Source: an uncultured archaeon (GTDB lineage Archaea > Altiarchaeota > Altiarchaeia > IMC4 > SCGC-AAA252-I15). From it: a DNA stretch of 64,000 nucleotides. Shown piece after piece: positions 10,409 through 19,535 of this stretch. The notes below the pieces were generated by a model. The model saw only the letters and a program-made list of their open reading frames with translations, did no database searches and was not told the DNA's origin. Positions within the stretch are counted from its first letter, which is position 1. Each line of letters starts with the position of its first letter. The DNA lies in contig CAZPLO010000001.1 of NCBI GenBank assembly GCA_964587725.1, forward strand, positions 128,001 through 192,000, read 5' to 3'. Both the position numbers and the translations under genes were made by a program.

Positions 10409-11332
10409 ATGAAGGTTCTCGTGACAGGCGGCGCAGGATTTATAGGCAGCCACGTATGCGAACGGTTGCTTGAAGACGGACACTCCGTAACCTGCCTGGA
10501 CAACTTCGACGACTACTACAGCCCCGACGTCAAAAGAGGTAACGTGGCCGACCTAGACGTCGAAGTCGTCGACTCGGATTTGAGGGACGCCGTAGTGGTG
10601 AAGGCCACGGTGGACGACGCGGCACCGGATTACATAATACACGAGGCTGCGCAGGCAGGCGTCAGGGCGTCGGTGAAGGACCCCGTTAAAACAGCGGACG
10701 TTAACGTCGGCGGAACAGTGAATCTGCTGGAGGCCGCGAAAAACTCGGGGGCGAAGAAGATTGTGTTCGCGTCGTCTTCTTCCGTTTACGGAAAAATCGA
10801 GTATCTGCCGTTCGACGAAAAACACCCCCTGAAGCCGATTTCGCCGTACGGGGTCAGCAAGGCTGCGGTTGAAGACTATTTCAGGGTTTACCGCGAACTC
10901 TACGGGATGGAATACGTGGGACTCCGTTACTTCACAGTCTACGGACCCAGAATAAGGCCTGACCTGGCGATGGCGAAGTTCACGCGAGCAGCAGCCGCAG
11001 ACAAAACCCTGGAAGTCTACGGAGACGGCAGCAAGAGCAGAGACTTCACCTACGTGTCGGACGCGGTGGACGCGACCGTGAAGGCCCTGGAAAAAGGCAA
11101 CGGCATATACAATATTGGAGGGGGCAGCCGGCTGACTGTTAAGGAGCTGGCTGAGAAGATAATATCCGAGGTAGGGTCGGGGAGGATAGAGTACGTCGAA
11201 GACCAGCGCGGGGACGTCCAACATACGGAATCGGACACGTCGAAGGCGCGGAAGGAACTGGGGTGGAAGCCCCGGACGGGATTCGACGAAGGCCTTAAGG
11301 AGACTGTGGATTGGGTGCTGAATCACTTGTAG
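10409..11332 (+). CDS. NAD-dependent nucleotide-sugar epimerase/dehydratase
   Basis: [33 protein letters not shown]. Confidence 0.95.
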   Translation: MKVLVTGGAGFIGSHVCERLLEDGHSVTCLDNFDDYYSPDVKRGNVADLDVEVVDSDLRDAVVVKATVDDAAPDYIIHEAAQAGVRASVKDPVKTADVNVGGTVNLLEAAKNSGAKKIVFASSSSVYGKIEYLPFDEKHPLKPISPYGVSKAAVEDYFRVYRELYGMEYVGLRYFTVYGPRIRPDLAMAKFTRAAAADKTLEVYGDGSKSRDFTYVSDAVDATVKALEKGNGIYNIGGGSRLTVKELAEKIISEVGSGRIEYVEDQRGDVQHTESDTSKARKELGWKPRTGFDEGLKETVDWVLNHL

Positions 11333-12333
11333 GTCATGAACCCGCCCTTGAATACGCGGTAAAGCAGGTTCTCCATGAAGCCTGCGGAGAATACAAGGTG
11401 CTCCACCAACGTCACAGCCACGAACACCGGATAGATTACGCACTCATCCCGTTTCAGAATCTTCAACCCCAGGAGGAAGCGGAACACCAGGGGCGCAGAC
11501 AGGAAGGCCGCGGCCAAGACGCTGAATGGGAGGGTAGACAGAGCCGCCGGCATCAGCAGCGGGAACAGCTTCAACGCGTGAACCGGCCTCTTCAGGTTAA
11601 ACCACACACTCCTCCCGTAATAACGCTGCTGTTTGAGCCGTCGGACGAATGTGGCGTACATCCCCCAATGGTATATGAAGTCGGGGTCGTATACGAGCTT
11701 GTAGTCTCTCTCCATTATCAGCTTGGACGCAATCTTTTCGAAGCGGTGCTCCTCCCCCACACCCAGGTCGACTGGGGGGTTCACCTCCAGGTAGAATCTT
11801 TTACGCATCAGCGCGTGGCTCCAGGGAACCACATTCACATCCGACGAGTCCCTTGAAAACACGGTCACATTCTGAGACTGCTCCCCTATTCTGGTGCGGA
11901 AGAACAAATCGTGTGTGTATACCGCCAGGCGGTCGTGTATCCTCTGAATCCTGGACATAAGGTTGTCGCCTTCCAACACTATGCGGGGCACCACCTGCAC
12001 GACCTTTGGGTCTCTGAAGTAGTGGAGGAACGGCTGGGAGTCTTCAACCCACGAGTCCGCGCCCACCAGCTGGATAAACTCTCCCTTGGCTTCGCGTGCT
12101 CCGCGGTCCCACGACGAAGCGGCGCCCCTGGCCTCGTCGTTCCTGTACACTGTCACCGGCAGCTTGGACAGTATCTCCGGCGTCCCATCTGTGGATGCGT
12201 CGTCCACCACCACCAACTCTATGTTTGGGGAATGAGGCATCCTGGATATGCAGCCCCGGATGTCCTCTTCCTCGTTGCGCGCCGCAACAACAACAGACAC
12301 GTCAACGCTGTTTGAATCTTTTTCGCGCTTCAT
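11323..12333 (-). CDS. GT2 glycosyltransferase with C-terminal TM helices
   Basis: VSVVVAARNEE, VDDASTDGT, QQRYY; the DxD position reads GAD. Confidence 0.8.
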   Translation of the reverse strand: MKREKDSNSVDVSVVVAARNEEEDIRGCISRMPHSPNIELVVVDDASTDGTPEILSKLPVTVYRNDEARGAASSWDRGAREAKGEFIQLVGADSWVEDSQPFLHYFRDPKVVQVVPRIVLEGDNLMSRIQRIHDRLAVYTHDLFFRTRIGEQSQNVTVFSRDSSDVNVVPWSHALMRKRFYLEVNPPVDLGVGEEHRFEKIASKLIMERDYKLVYDPDFIYHWGMYATFVRRLKQQRYYGRSVWFNLKRPVHALKLFPLLMPAALSTLPFSVLAAAFLSAPLVFRFLLGLKILKRDECVIYPVFVAVTLVEHLVFSAGFMENLLYRVFKGGFMTYK

Positions 12334-13486
12334 CGTATAGGGATAAGATATTGTCTATGTGCGTGTCCATGCCGTATCTCTCCTCCGCCCGCAGCCGCGC
12401 AGCATGTGACATCTCGTTCAACCTGCCTGGGTCCAACAGCAGATTATTCAATGCGTCAGCCAATGCCGCAGGGTCGCCGGGCGGAACCAGCAACCCTGTG
12501 ACGCCGTCTTCAACCAAATCCGGTATGCCTCCGACCTTCGACGCCACCACCGGCCTGGCGGACGCCATCGCCTCATAGACCACCATGGGCGAGTTCTCTG
12601 GTATTAGCGACGGCACGCACACTATGTCGGAGGAACGATACAGTTCCTTCAGTTCCCGGGGAAACTGCTGCCCCAGAAACCCCATCCCCTCCACCCCCGC
12701 AGCCTTATCCTTCAGCGCCTGTTCGTCCGGGCCGGCGCCCGCCACCAGCAGCCCCACTCCATGCATGCTACTCACAGCCTCGATGAGACAACCCAAACCC
12801 TTGTTCAACATCAGCCGGCCCGCATACAACACACGTCTGTTTTGGGGTGGCGGCGTACGCGCGTACCCTTCAAGAGATATACCGTGGGGCACATACTCTG
12901 CGCCCACACCCAAAGACGAATCAAGAAGGTCTTTCATGAACGTGCTCGGCGCAACCAACGCATCCACCAACGGCATGTTGGCTCTGGCCGCATAATTCCT
13001 CAGCTTCTGGTACGCGAACATCCACGGGCTGACGCATCCTCCGGCGGCGCATGCGAACGAGTACTTGCGTTCCGGCGGACACGGCACCATTCCCTTGGCT
13101 AGTTTGCCTTGGCTGCATTCGAAGCGGCAGTCGTGGACGGTCATCACCGTCGGAACCCTGCCTGCGGCGCCCCTCAGCGCGGCGGTGGACAGGCGGGAGA
13201 ACACGCTGTTGAAGTGCACCACATCCGGTTCCTCCGACACCACCAGCTTTTTTATCGCGCGCCCGGCCCGTATGCTCCACAGCCTGGACAGCGCGAACCT
13301 GAAGTCCAGGGGATACGGGTCGATGAACGTGTGGTGCCAGGGAAGGTTCTCCGCACCTCTGCCGTCGGAGCTGCCCGCAGACAACACCTCCACCCCCCGT
13401 TTCAGCAGGTGGCTGCAGAGGTTGAGTGTGTAGGATTCTGCGCCGCCGACGGCGTGGAAGTGGTCGTTGACTACCAGGACCTTCAT
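12302..13486 (-). CDS. GT4 glycosyltransferase
   Basis: GGAE, T.HD, GRL..NKG, ENSPMVVYEAMA, GGIPD. Confidence 0.92.
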   Translation of the reverse strand: MKVLVVNDHFHAVGGAESYTLNLCSHLLKRGVEVLSAGSSDGRGAENLPWHHTFIDPYPLDFRFALSRLWSIRAGRAIKKLVVSEEPDVVHFNSVFSRLSTAALRGAAGRVPTVMTVHDCRFECSQGKLAKGMVPCPPERKYSFACAAGGCVSPWMFAYQKLRNYAARANMPLVDALVAPSTFMKDLLDSSLGVGAEYVPHGISLEGYARTPPPQNRRVLYAGRLMLNKGLGCLIEAVSSMHGVGLLVAGAGPDEQALKDKAAGVEGMGFLGQQFPRELKELYRSSDIVCVPSLIPENSPMVVYEAMASARPVVASKVGGIPDLVEDGVTGLLVPPGDPAALADALNNLLLDPGRLNEMSHAARLRAEERYGMDTHIDNILSLYDEARKRFKQR

Positions 13487-13488
13487 TT

Positions 13489-14499
13489 TCAGGCTTCCCA
13501 GGTCTGCAACCCCTCCATGTCGAAGCTGAAGCTGCGGACGTGAGCCCCCATCTCACGGACTTGGTCGGCGACAGCCTCTTCTTTGCCGGACTCGCAGTAG
13601 AGTATCATGTGGCCTCCTCCGCCGGCGCCGCTGATTTTACCTCCCAATGCGCCATTCTTCCTCGCCGCCGCATACACCTTGTCTATGTATTCGTTGCTCA
13701 TCAACGGGCTGAACTTCTTCTTCTCAACCCACCCCTCGTGCAGCAGTTCGCCGAAGCGGTTGAGGTCTCCTTTCCGGAGTGCGCTGTTGGTCTCCTCAGT
13801 CAGCGCCTTCACCTTATGCAGGGCCTCCACCACCTTTTTCTCGCCATCCACATACGATTTCACCTGGTCTGTGATGATGTCGCCTGACTGGCTGCGGTCC
13901 ATCACGTGCACCAGCAGCAGATTCTTCTCCAACTCCAACAAGCTGTTCTTCCTAAGCCGGAGAGTGTTGACGCGGACGAAGTCGTCTCCGCGGAACTCGA
14001 TGAAGTTTAGGCCTCCGAAGACGGACGCGTACTGGTCCTGGCGGCCGCCCTTGTTGCCGAGTTCCTCACGCTCCAGTTTGAACGCGAGCTCCGCGATCTC
14101 GTAGTCGGTCATCCTGTTCTCACGTCTCAGAAAATTGAAGACGCCAATCAGGGAGACGAACGCCGACGCCGACGAACCCAGGCCGCTGCGCGGCGGAATG
14201 TCGCCGCGTAACGTAAGTTTCACGCCCTTGCCGTTGGAGTGCATCTCCTTCACCACCGCAGACAGCAAATCCATTGGGCCGCCGTATTTTATCTTTCCGA
14301 CGCTGTCGAAGGTGACGGGGCCGCCGTGGCTGTCCTTCAGCCACACTTTCCCGTCGTCGCGCATCTCCAGGGACGCCCACGCATACTTGTTTATCGTGGC
14401 AGACACAACACATCCCCCATGCTCTTCAGTGTACGGTGACACGTCCGTGCCGCCTCCGGCGAAACTAATCCTCACCGGCGCCCTGCTCCGCACAACCAT
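13489..14499 (-). CDS. hddA: GHMP kinase, D-glycero-D-manno-heptose-7-phosphate kinase-like
   Basis: APVRISFAGGGTD, PPRSGLGSS, GRQDQY...FGG, GKISGAGGGG. Confidence 0.85.
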   Translation of the reverse strand: MVVRSRAPVRISFAGGGTDVSPYTEEHGGCVVSATINKYAWASLEMRDDGKVWLKDSHGGPVTFDSVGKIKYGGPMDLLSAVVKEMHSNGKGVKLTLRGDIPPRSGLGSSASAFVSLIGVFNFLRRENRMTDYEIAELAFKLEREELGNKGGRQDQYASVFGGLNFIEFRGDDFVRVNTLRLRKNSLLELEKNLLLVHVMDRSQSGDIITDQVKSYVDGEKKVVEALHKVKALTEETNSALRKGDLNRFGELLHEGWVEKKKFSPLMSNEYIDKVYAAARKNGALGGKISGAGGGGHMILYCESGKEEAVADQVREMGAHVRSFSFDMEGLQTWEA

Positions 14500-14507
14500 G
14501 GTAATGT

Positions 14508-15605
14508 TTAGGATGCAGCCGACTTATATACTTCCAGTAGACGCGAGCACACCACATCCCTGGTGAACAGTTCGGACACCCGCTTCCTCGCCCTGGCGGA
14601 CAGTTCAGCCGCCAATTCACTGTCATACAGTATCTTCTCCAACGCCTCCCGCAGGGCGTCGGGATCGCGGGGCTCCACCAATAACCCTGCGTCGCCGACC
14701 ACATAAGGCATGCCGGAGAAATTGGTTGAGATAACGGGTTTCCCGGACGCCATCGCCTCCACCAGCACCAGCCCGAACGCCTCCTGCCGGGTCACAGACG
14801 GCAGCGCAAACACGTCACACGCGGCATAGTACTCGGGCAGCCGCTCATCCGACACCCGGCCTGCAAAGACTACGTTAGACGATGCCATAGACTCCAGCCC
14901 AGCCTTCAACGGGCCGTCGCCGACTATAACCAACGTGACATCCTTCAACCCCTCGCACGCCCTAATCAGGTACTCCAAACCCTTGTAGGGTACGAGGCGG
15001 CCGACGAACAACACCATCTTCCCCGACAGAGCCAGTTTCTTCCGCAGCCCAGAGCCATCCACCCCCGAATACCTTCGGGGGTCGACGAAGCTGGAGGCCA
15101 CAATCACTTTGTCCATGAAATATTTCAGCACCGGCGACGACTCCGCGTAGTTCGGCGAAGTCACGAAAACCTTCACAGCCCGTCTCAGGGTAAGCCAGAG
15201 GAAAGGGTAATAGAGCAGCTTGAACACATACTGCAGCAAACCCTCCTTCACAATGTCGGCATGGTATGTGACAAACAAGGGTTTTCTACGGAGCATTGAA
15301 GCCGCGCACGCGAATATGCCGCTGACCGGGTCCGGCAGGTTAACGTCTATGACATCGTATCTTTCACTGAACAGTTGCATCAATATTCCGGGAGCCAGCA
15401 ACGCGTTGAACAGAGTCAGCCAAACGCTGGAACGCCGCACCTCAACGCCGTCGACAACCTCCTCATCCAATGTGTTTTCTTCATGGGAGGTGAGCACCAC
15501 CACCTCCTCTCCGTGACCGACCAGCCACCTTCCCAGCTCGAGAACCCGAGCCTCCAACCCGCCGGCGTAGGGGTGGAAGTGCTTCGACACCATGCACAGA
15601 CGCAT
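14508..15605 (-). CDS. GT4 glycosyltransferase
   Basis: GGLE, TYHADI, FVGRLVPYKG, EAFGLVLVEAMA. Confidence 0.92.
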   Translation of the reverse strand: MRLCMVSKHFHPYAGGLEARVLELGRWLVGHGEEVVVLTSHEENTLDEEVVDGVEVRRSSVWLTLFNALLAPGILMQLFSERYDVIDVNLPDPVSGIFACAASMLRRKPLFVTYHADIVKEGLLQYVFKLLYYPFLWLTLRRAVKVFVTSPNYAESSPVLKYFMDKVIVASSFVDPRRYSGVDGSGLRKKLALSGKMVLFVGRLVPYKGLEYLIRACEGLKDVTLVIVGDGPLKAGLESMASSNVVFAGRVSDERLPEYYAACDVFALPSVTRQEAFGLVLVEAMASGKPVISTNFSGMPYVVGDAGLLVEPRDPDALREALEKILYDSELAAELSARARKRVSELFTRDVVCSRLLEVYKSAAS

Positions 15606-16589
15606 CTAGACCACCAAAACATTGGAGACGGAGTAGAGGGCCAGCAGCGCGAACAAAACCTCCAACAGTATTATAGTAGACACTAGTTTCCGCTCGGACA
15701 CTCCGCTGTACATGTTCATCACCAGCCGGCCCAAACCGAACACATCCCGTCTGTCGTCGCACACCAGCCTGCCTTCTTTGAGGCCGCACCAGGAATCCGC
15801 CTTGAACCCGCTGCGGGCCTTCAGGAACAGCTCGACAAAGAAGGGGGCAATCAGTATCACACCCACCTTCTCGATGTTCCCCACTATTACGGAAGAAGCC
15901 ACCACAGCCCCCACGGTGAGGGTGCCGACGTCCCCTATCAACACCTTAGCCGGAAACCAGTTGTATTTCAGGAACGCGAGTAATGCGCCGAGCATAGCCA
16001 GGACTACTACGGCAGCCTCCACGTTTCCTGTGGCGTAGGCGACCACAGCCACTGTAGAACACATCACCGCACCCAACCCGGCCTCCAAACCGTTGAAGCC
16101 CGCGAGCATGTTGGTGGCGTTCGACGCTCCCGTAATAGCCAGCGGCACCAGCACCAGAGCATAGAATACTCCGAAGTCCACCGGCCCCAACAGGGGAACC
16201 TCCATGGTGGTGACACCAGCCTTAACCGCCACCAACGGCAGAGCCGCGAACACCGGAAGCAACGCCTTAACCCGCTGGCTCATCAGGAACAAATCATCTA
16301 TGATGCCGACCAACGCCATCACAACCACAGTCGACAGACACGCCAGCAACAGCGTTAGATTCATCTCAACATGCACGACGTCGAAGGTCGTCAACGCGAT
16401 AGCCAACAGCACACCCACTATGAAGCCGCCCACCACAGCCAACCCACCCATCTCCGGCAACACCACCTCCCCAGGCTTGTTCATGTCCCGGCCCACAATA
16501 CCCGCAGCCCTCAGCCTGCCCATAAGCCACGGAGTAACCGCATAAGTAAAGGCGAACGACGACGCCAACACCCAAAGCAAACCCAACAT
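15606..16589 (-). CDS. MraY/GPT-family UDP-GlcNAc:dolichol-P GlcNAc-1-P transferase (AglH-like)
   Basis: D.NKP, PEMGG, GIIDD, NMLAGFNGLE, IGDVG; start estimated at ATG16589. Confidence 0.9.
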   Translation of the reverse strand: MLGLLWVLASSFAFTYAVTPWLMGRLRAAGIVGRDMNKPGEVVLPEMGGLAVVGGFIVGVLLAIALTTFDVVHVEMNLTLLLACLSTVVVMALVGIIDDLFLMSQRVKALLPVFAALPLVAVKAGVTTMEVPLLGPVDFGVFYALVLVPLAITGASNATNMLAGFNGLEAGLGAVMCSTVAVVAYATGNVEAAVVVLAMLGALLAFLKYNWFPAKVLIGDVGTLTVGAVVASSVIVGNIEKVGVILIAPFFVELFLKARSGFKADSWCGLKEGRLVCDDRRDVFGLGRLVMNMYSGVSERKLVSTIILLEVLFALLALYSVSNVLVV

Positions 16590-16681
16590 CACACACCACT
16601 CAAAAAAACATATTATATTCAATAGTTAAATCACCCAACGAAGCAACATATATAAAGAAGGCAGGCCCTATACATATCCCA

Positions 16682-16860
16682 GAACGGCTCGCTCCGTTCA
16701 CACGCGCTGCGAGTGCCCCCTAACGGGGGCACGCACATGAACCTCCCGAAGAGGGGATACAAAAAAATACACACATACAACACGCGGCCGTAGTGTAGGC
16801 ACGGCTTGCTCCGTGCACACGCACGGCGCACATCAGCCCTCATGGGCTGAGTGCACCACA
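16682..16860 (+). repeat. Two hairpin-ACAC-hairpin elements plus a duplicated tRNA-Gly upstream tract and 5' 15 nt (16784-16798)
   Basis: GAACGG-ctcgct-CCGTTC and GCACGG-cttgct-CCGTGC, each followed by ACAC and a second hairpin; ACACATACAA.ACGCGGCCGTAGTGTAG recurs 150 bp later at the real tRNA. Confidence 0.85.
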
Positions 16861-16933
16861 AAAAGGCCGCGCACACAAACACAAACCAATGAAACCCGAA
16901 CAAACAGGTGGATAAAAAAAACACATACAAAAC

Positions 16934-17007
16934 GCGGCCGTAGTGTAGCCTGGTTATCACTCGAGGTTGCCAATCTTGCGACACGGGTTCGAATCCCGTC
17001 GGCCGCA
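16934..17007 (+). tRNA. tRNA-Gly(GCC), no intron, CCA not encoded
   Basis: Cloverleaf: GCGGCCG/CGGCCGC acceptor, CGAGG-TT GCC AA-TCTTG anticodon arm, ACGGG-TTCGAAT-CCCGT T arm. Confidence 0.96.
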
Positions 17008-17220
17008 AACTGTCACGCCCAGTTTACATGCGCAGCGGGTGCCCCCCCACGGGGGCACGCACTAGAGACACGACTCCCGTCAAACACCGACGGGATAAGC
17101 AAGCCCCAGAGGCAATCAGAATCCCGTCGGCCGCATCAGCTCACATCGAAGCAACATCCTGTCACAAACAAGACGGGGTAAGCGAGTCCGCAGGACGAGC
17201 GGAATCCCGTCGGCCGCATC
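17007..17220 (+). repeat. Third hairpin element and two structured units ending in exact copies of the tRNA 3' 17 nt
   Basis: GAATCCCGTCGGCCGCA at 16991, 17119 and 17202; GTGCCCCC-NNAC-GGGGGCAC at 16713 and 17039. Confidence 0.88.
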
Positions 17221-17277
17221 CTATCTTTTTTTCGATGACAGTGTCTTTTTATACTGTGGTTCCAGTAGTTTGGTACG

Positions 17278-18117
17278 ATGAAGACGTTTTGGAAGGTTGC
17301 GCTGACGTTCGCGGTTTTGGCGGTTTTCGTGCTAGTTATCGCGTTCGTTGTGGGTGCGCTGATGAGCGGATTCAATCTCCCGTCAATGGGCGGGGGGGAT
17401 GTGAAGGTCGTGCCAGTTCACGGCCAGATAACGTTGGGGGGATGCCCCAGCGGACTGCTAACCATTCAGCAGTGCGCGCAGGTCGAGGTCATAAAAGATG
17501 AGTTGAGGAAGGCCGATAAAGACCCGCAGGTGAAGGCGATTGTGTTGGACGTGTACTCCGGGGGCGGGAACATCGTGGCGAGCAGGGAGTTGATGCGGGC
17601 CGTCCGCGACACCAAAAAGCCGGTTGTATCTTGGATAGGTGAGGTCGGAGCATCCGGTGCGTATTATGTTGCGTCCGCATCCGACAGGATAGTTGCGGAC
17701 GAAAACAGCATAACCGGAAGCATCGGAGTCATCATGTTCATACAACATTACTATGAACTGTTCGACGAAATCGGGATAAACGTGACCGTGCTGACGGCCG
17801 GGGAGACAAAAGACATAGGAAGCCCCTACCGTCCCATGACCGACGAGGAGCGGCAGGAGCTGCAGGACATGATAAACAAGGTCTACTACACGTTCATGCG
17901 GGATGTCGCAGAAAACAGGGGCCTTGACATGGAGTACGTGAGAAACATTTCGGAGGGGAACATATACCTGGGCAGCGAAGCCGCGGAAATCGGTTTGGTT
18001 GACGAAGTCGGAGGCTTCGACCACGCAGTCGACGTCGCCGCGGAACTCGGCGGCATAACGGGGGAGCCGGGCGTGAGGATGCCGGAGCGCAGGCTCAGGT
18101 GGACCGACCTCCTGTAG
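17278..18117 (+). CDS. sppA: Signal peptide peptidase SppA (S49)
   Basis: N-terminal TM, KAIVL.V.S.GG, ASGAYYVA, TGSIGV, A...GLVD..G. Confidence 0.93.
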   Translation: MKTFWKVALTFAVLAVFVLVIAFVVGALMSGFNLPSMGGGDVKVVPVHGQITLGGCPSGLLTIQQCAQVEVIKDELRKADKDPQVKAIVLDVYSGGGNIVASRELMRAVRDTKKPVVSWIGEVGASGAYYVASASDRIVADENSITGSIGVIMFIQHYYELFDEIGINVTVLTAGETKDIGSPYRPMTDEERQELQDMINKVYYTFMRDVAENRGLDMEYVRNISEGNIYLGSEAAEIGLVDEVGGFDHAVDVAAELGGITGEPGVRMPERRLRWTDLL

Positions 18118-18150
18118 TTTTTAAACGGCCACTGCCTTATGGTAAGAACA

Positions 18151-18351
18151 ATGGGTAGGATTAAGCAGACGTACTTGAAGCGGGTTGCGGAGAAGCTGGT
18201 GAAAGAGTATCCGGACACCTTCACCACCGACTTCCAGGACAACAAGAGAAAGGTGCAGAGCCACACCGACATAACCAGCAAGAGCATCCGCAACAAAATA
18301 GCGGGTTATTTGACCAAGAAGATGAAGCAGAAGGCTAAGGAAGCCTCCTAG
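18151..18351 (+). CDS. rps17e: 30S ribosomal protein S17e
   Basis: MGRIK...KR, FTTDF..NK, SK.IRNKIAGY. Confidence 0.96.
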   Translation: MGRIKQTYLKRVAEKLVKEYPDTFTTDFQDNKRKVQSHTDITSKSIRNKIAGYLTKKMKQKAKEAS

Positions 18352-19127
18352 GTTCTATAGCATTCCTCTTTGAGGACACAGCCCCCGCACTTCTGCGGGA
18401 TACCGTGGGGGCATACGTCGGGGACCACCCCATCCAGGATTTCCTTCACCGAGTCGCGGGCGTATATCACCTGCCTACGGAGTTTCTCCGTGAACAACAC
18501 CGGCTTCCTCTCGGCCGCGCGCGTGTATTCTATGAAACCGTGCGGTATCCTTTCACCGAACCGTTCCTCCAACAGCATCCCGTATCCGCACAGTTGCACC
18601 CGGTCGCCGTCCCAACCGAAGTCGTGTGGGACGCCTGTCTTGATTTCAACCGGCTCCAGAGAGTCGCGGCGCATAATCTTGTCCACACGACCCTTCAACC
18701 CCAGTTCCTCCGACTTGACTGAATACTCAGTACGCCACGGCGTAACATATTCAAGCGCTTTTTCGAAGCCCATGTCCGACACCATAGCATCCAGTTCCAT
18801 GCGGAGACAGTCCAGCTCACGCATCATCTCACCCCTGACAGAAGATATGAATTCACCGTAGGATTCACTCCACCGTTCCGCAAAAATGTAGGGGAGGTCC
18901 TGGAGAACCGCATCCAACTCCGTCTTCATCATGGAGTCGACGTCTTCCACAGACTTCATCTTATTCAGGAGGCGGGCCTGCCGCATAGACAGCTCCCGCC
19001 GGACGGCGTGGCCTACGACGCCGCGGCCCTGCTCCGGCGACTCCGGAACCCTTACCTTCAGGACGTTGGACAGGTAGATGCTGCGGGGACAGTAGACGTA
19101 CCTGTTGAGGTCTGAAACGCGAATCAC
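18348..19127 (-). CDS. Solo Cas4-like (RecB/PD-(D/E)XK) Fe-S nuclease
   Basis: YCPR, GRVD, VEIKTG, QLCGY, C-terminal C..C.....C. Confidence 0.85.
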   Translation of the reverse strand: MIRVSDLNRYVYCPRSIYLSNVLKVRVPESPEQGRGVVGHAVRRELSMRQARLLNKMKSVEDVDSMMKTELDAVLQDLPYIFAERWSESYGEFISSVRGEMMRELDCLRMELDAMVSDMGFEKALEYVTPWRTEYSVKSEELGLKGRVDKIMRRDSLEPVEIKTGVPHDFGWDGDRVQLCGYGMLLEERFGERIPHGFIEYTRAAERKPVLFTEKLRRQVIYARDSVKEILDGVVPDVCPHGIPQKCGGCVLKEECYRT

Positions 19128-19492
19128 TTCACCACCACGTTCCCCGGCTTCTCCACAACCAACTCCAGCCGTCCATTGTAGAGTTGCACCACACCCAACA
19201 CCTCCACGGTCCGGTTCACCAGCTCATCCTCACCCAGTGAGGCGGCTACGTCATACGGCAGGTACACATCCATTGACGCGTCATCGTCTGATAGTGTCAT
19301 CATCACGCTGCCGCCGGTGAAGGTGTGAAGCCGGGACACCGTGCCCTCAACCCTCACCGCCTTCTCCAATGAAGAACCGGTCACATCCCGCAGCTGTGAT
19401 AGAGGGGGGCGGATGGACGGTGAAACAAACGCTATCAACAGTATCCCCGCTATGGAAACCACGCACGCGAGATACAACATCCGGTCAGCCAA
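19124..19492 (-). CDS. Membrane-anchored OB-fold protein
   Basis: N-terminal TM, V.VEGTV, L.DD, VEV.G.V..YNG.LEL. Confidence 0.75.
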   Translation of the reverse strand: MADRMLYLACVVSIAGILLIAFVSPSIRPPLSQLRDVTGSSLEKAVRVEGTVSRLHTFTGGSVMMTLSDDDASMDVYLPYDVAASLGEDELVNRTVEVLGVVQLYNGRLELVVEKPGNVVVK

Positions 19493-19535
19493 GATGAACC
19501 ACCCCGTAAAAGTGGTTACGTATAGGAACAGGTAT

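Noticed and set aside
16784-17218. Split (trans-spliced) tRNA-Gly pieces
   Set aside because: The fragments cover only nt 1-15 and the last 17 nt. There is no separate anticodon piece, no long complementary leaders or clear BHB, and an intact gene is present. Removing the 24-nt inserts does not restore TTC.
16991-17218. CRISPR array
   Set aside because: The repeat is the 17-nt tRNA 3' end, the spacers are 111 and 66 nt and related to each other, and there is no cas1/cas2.
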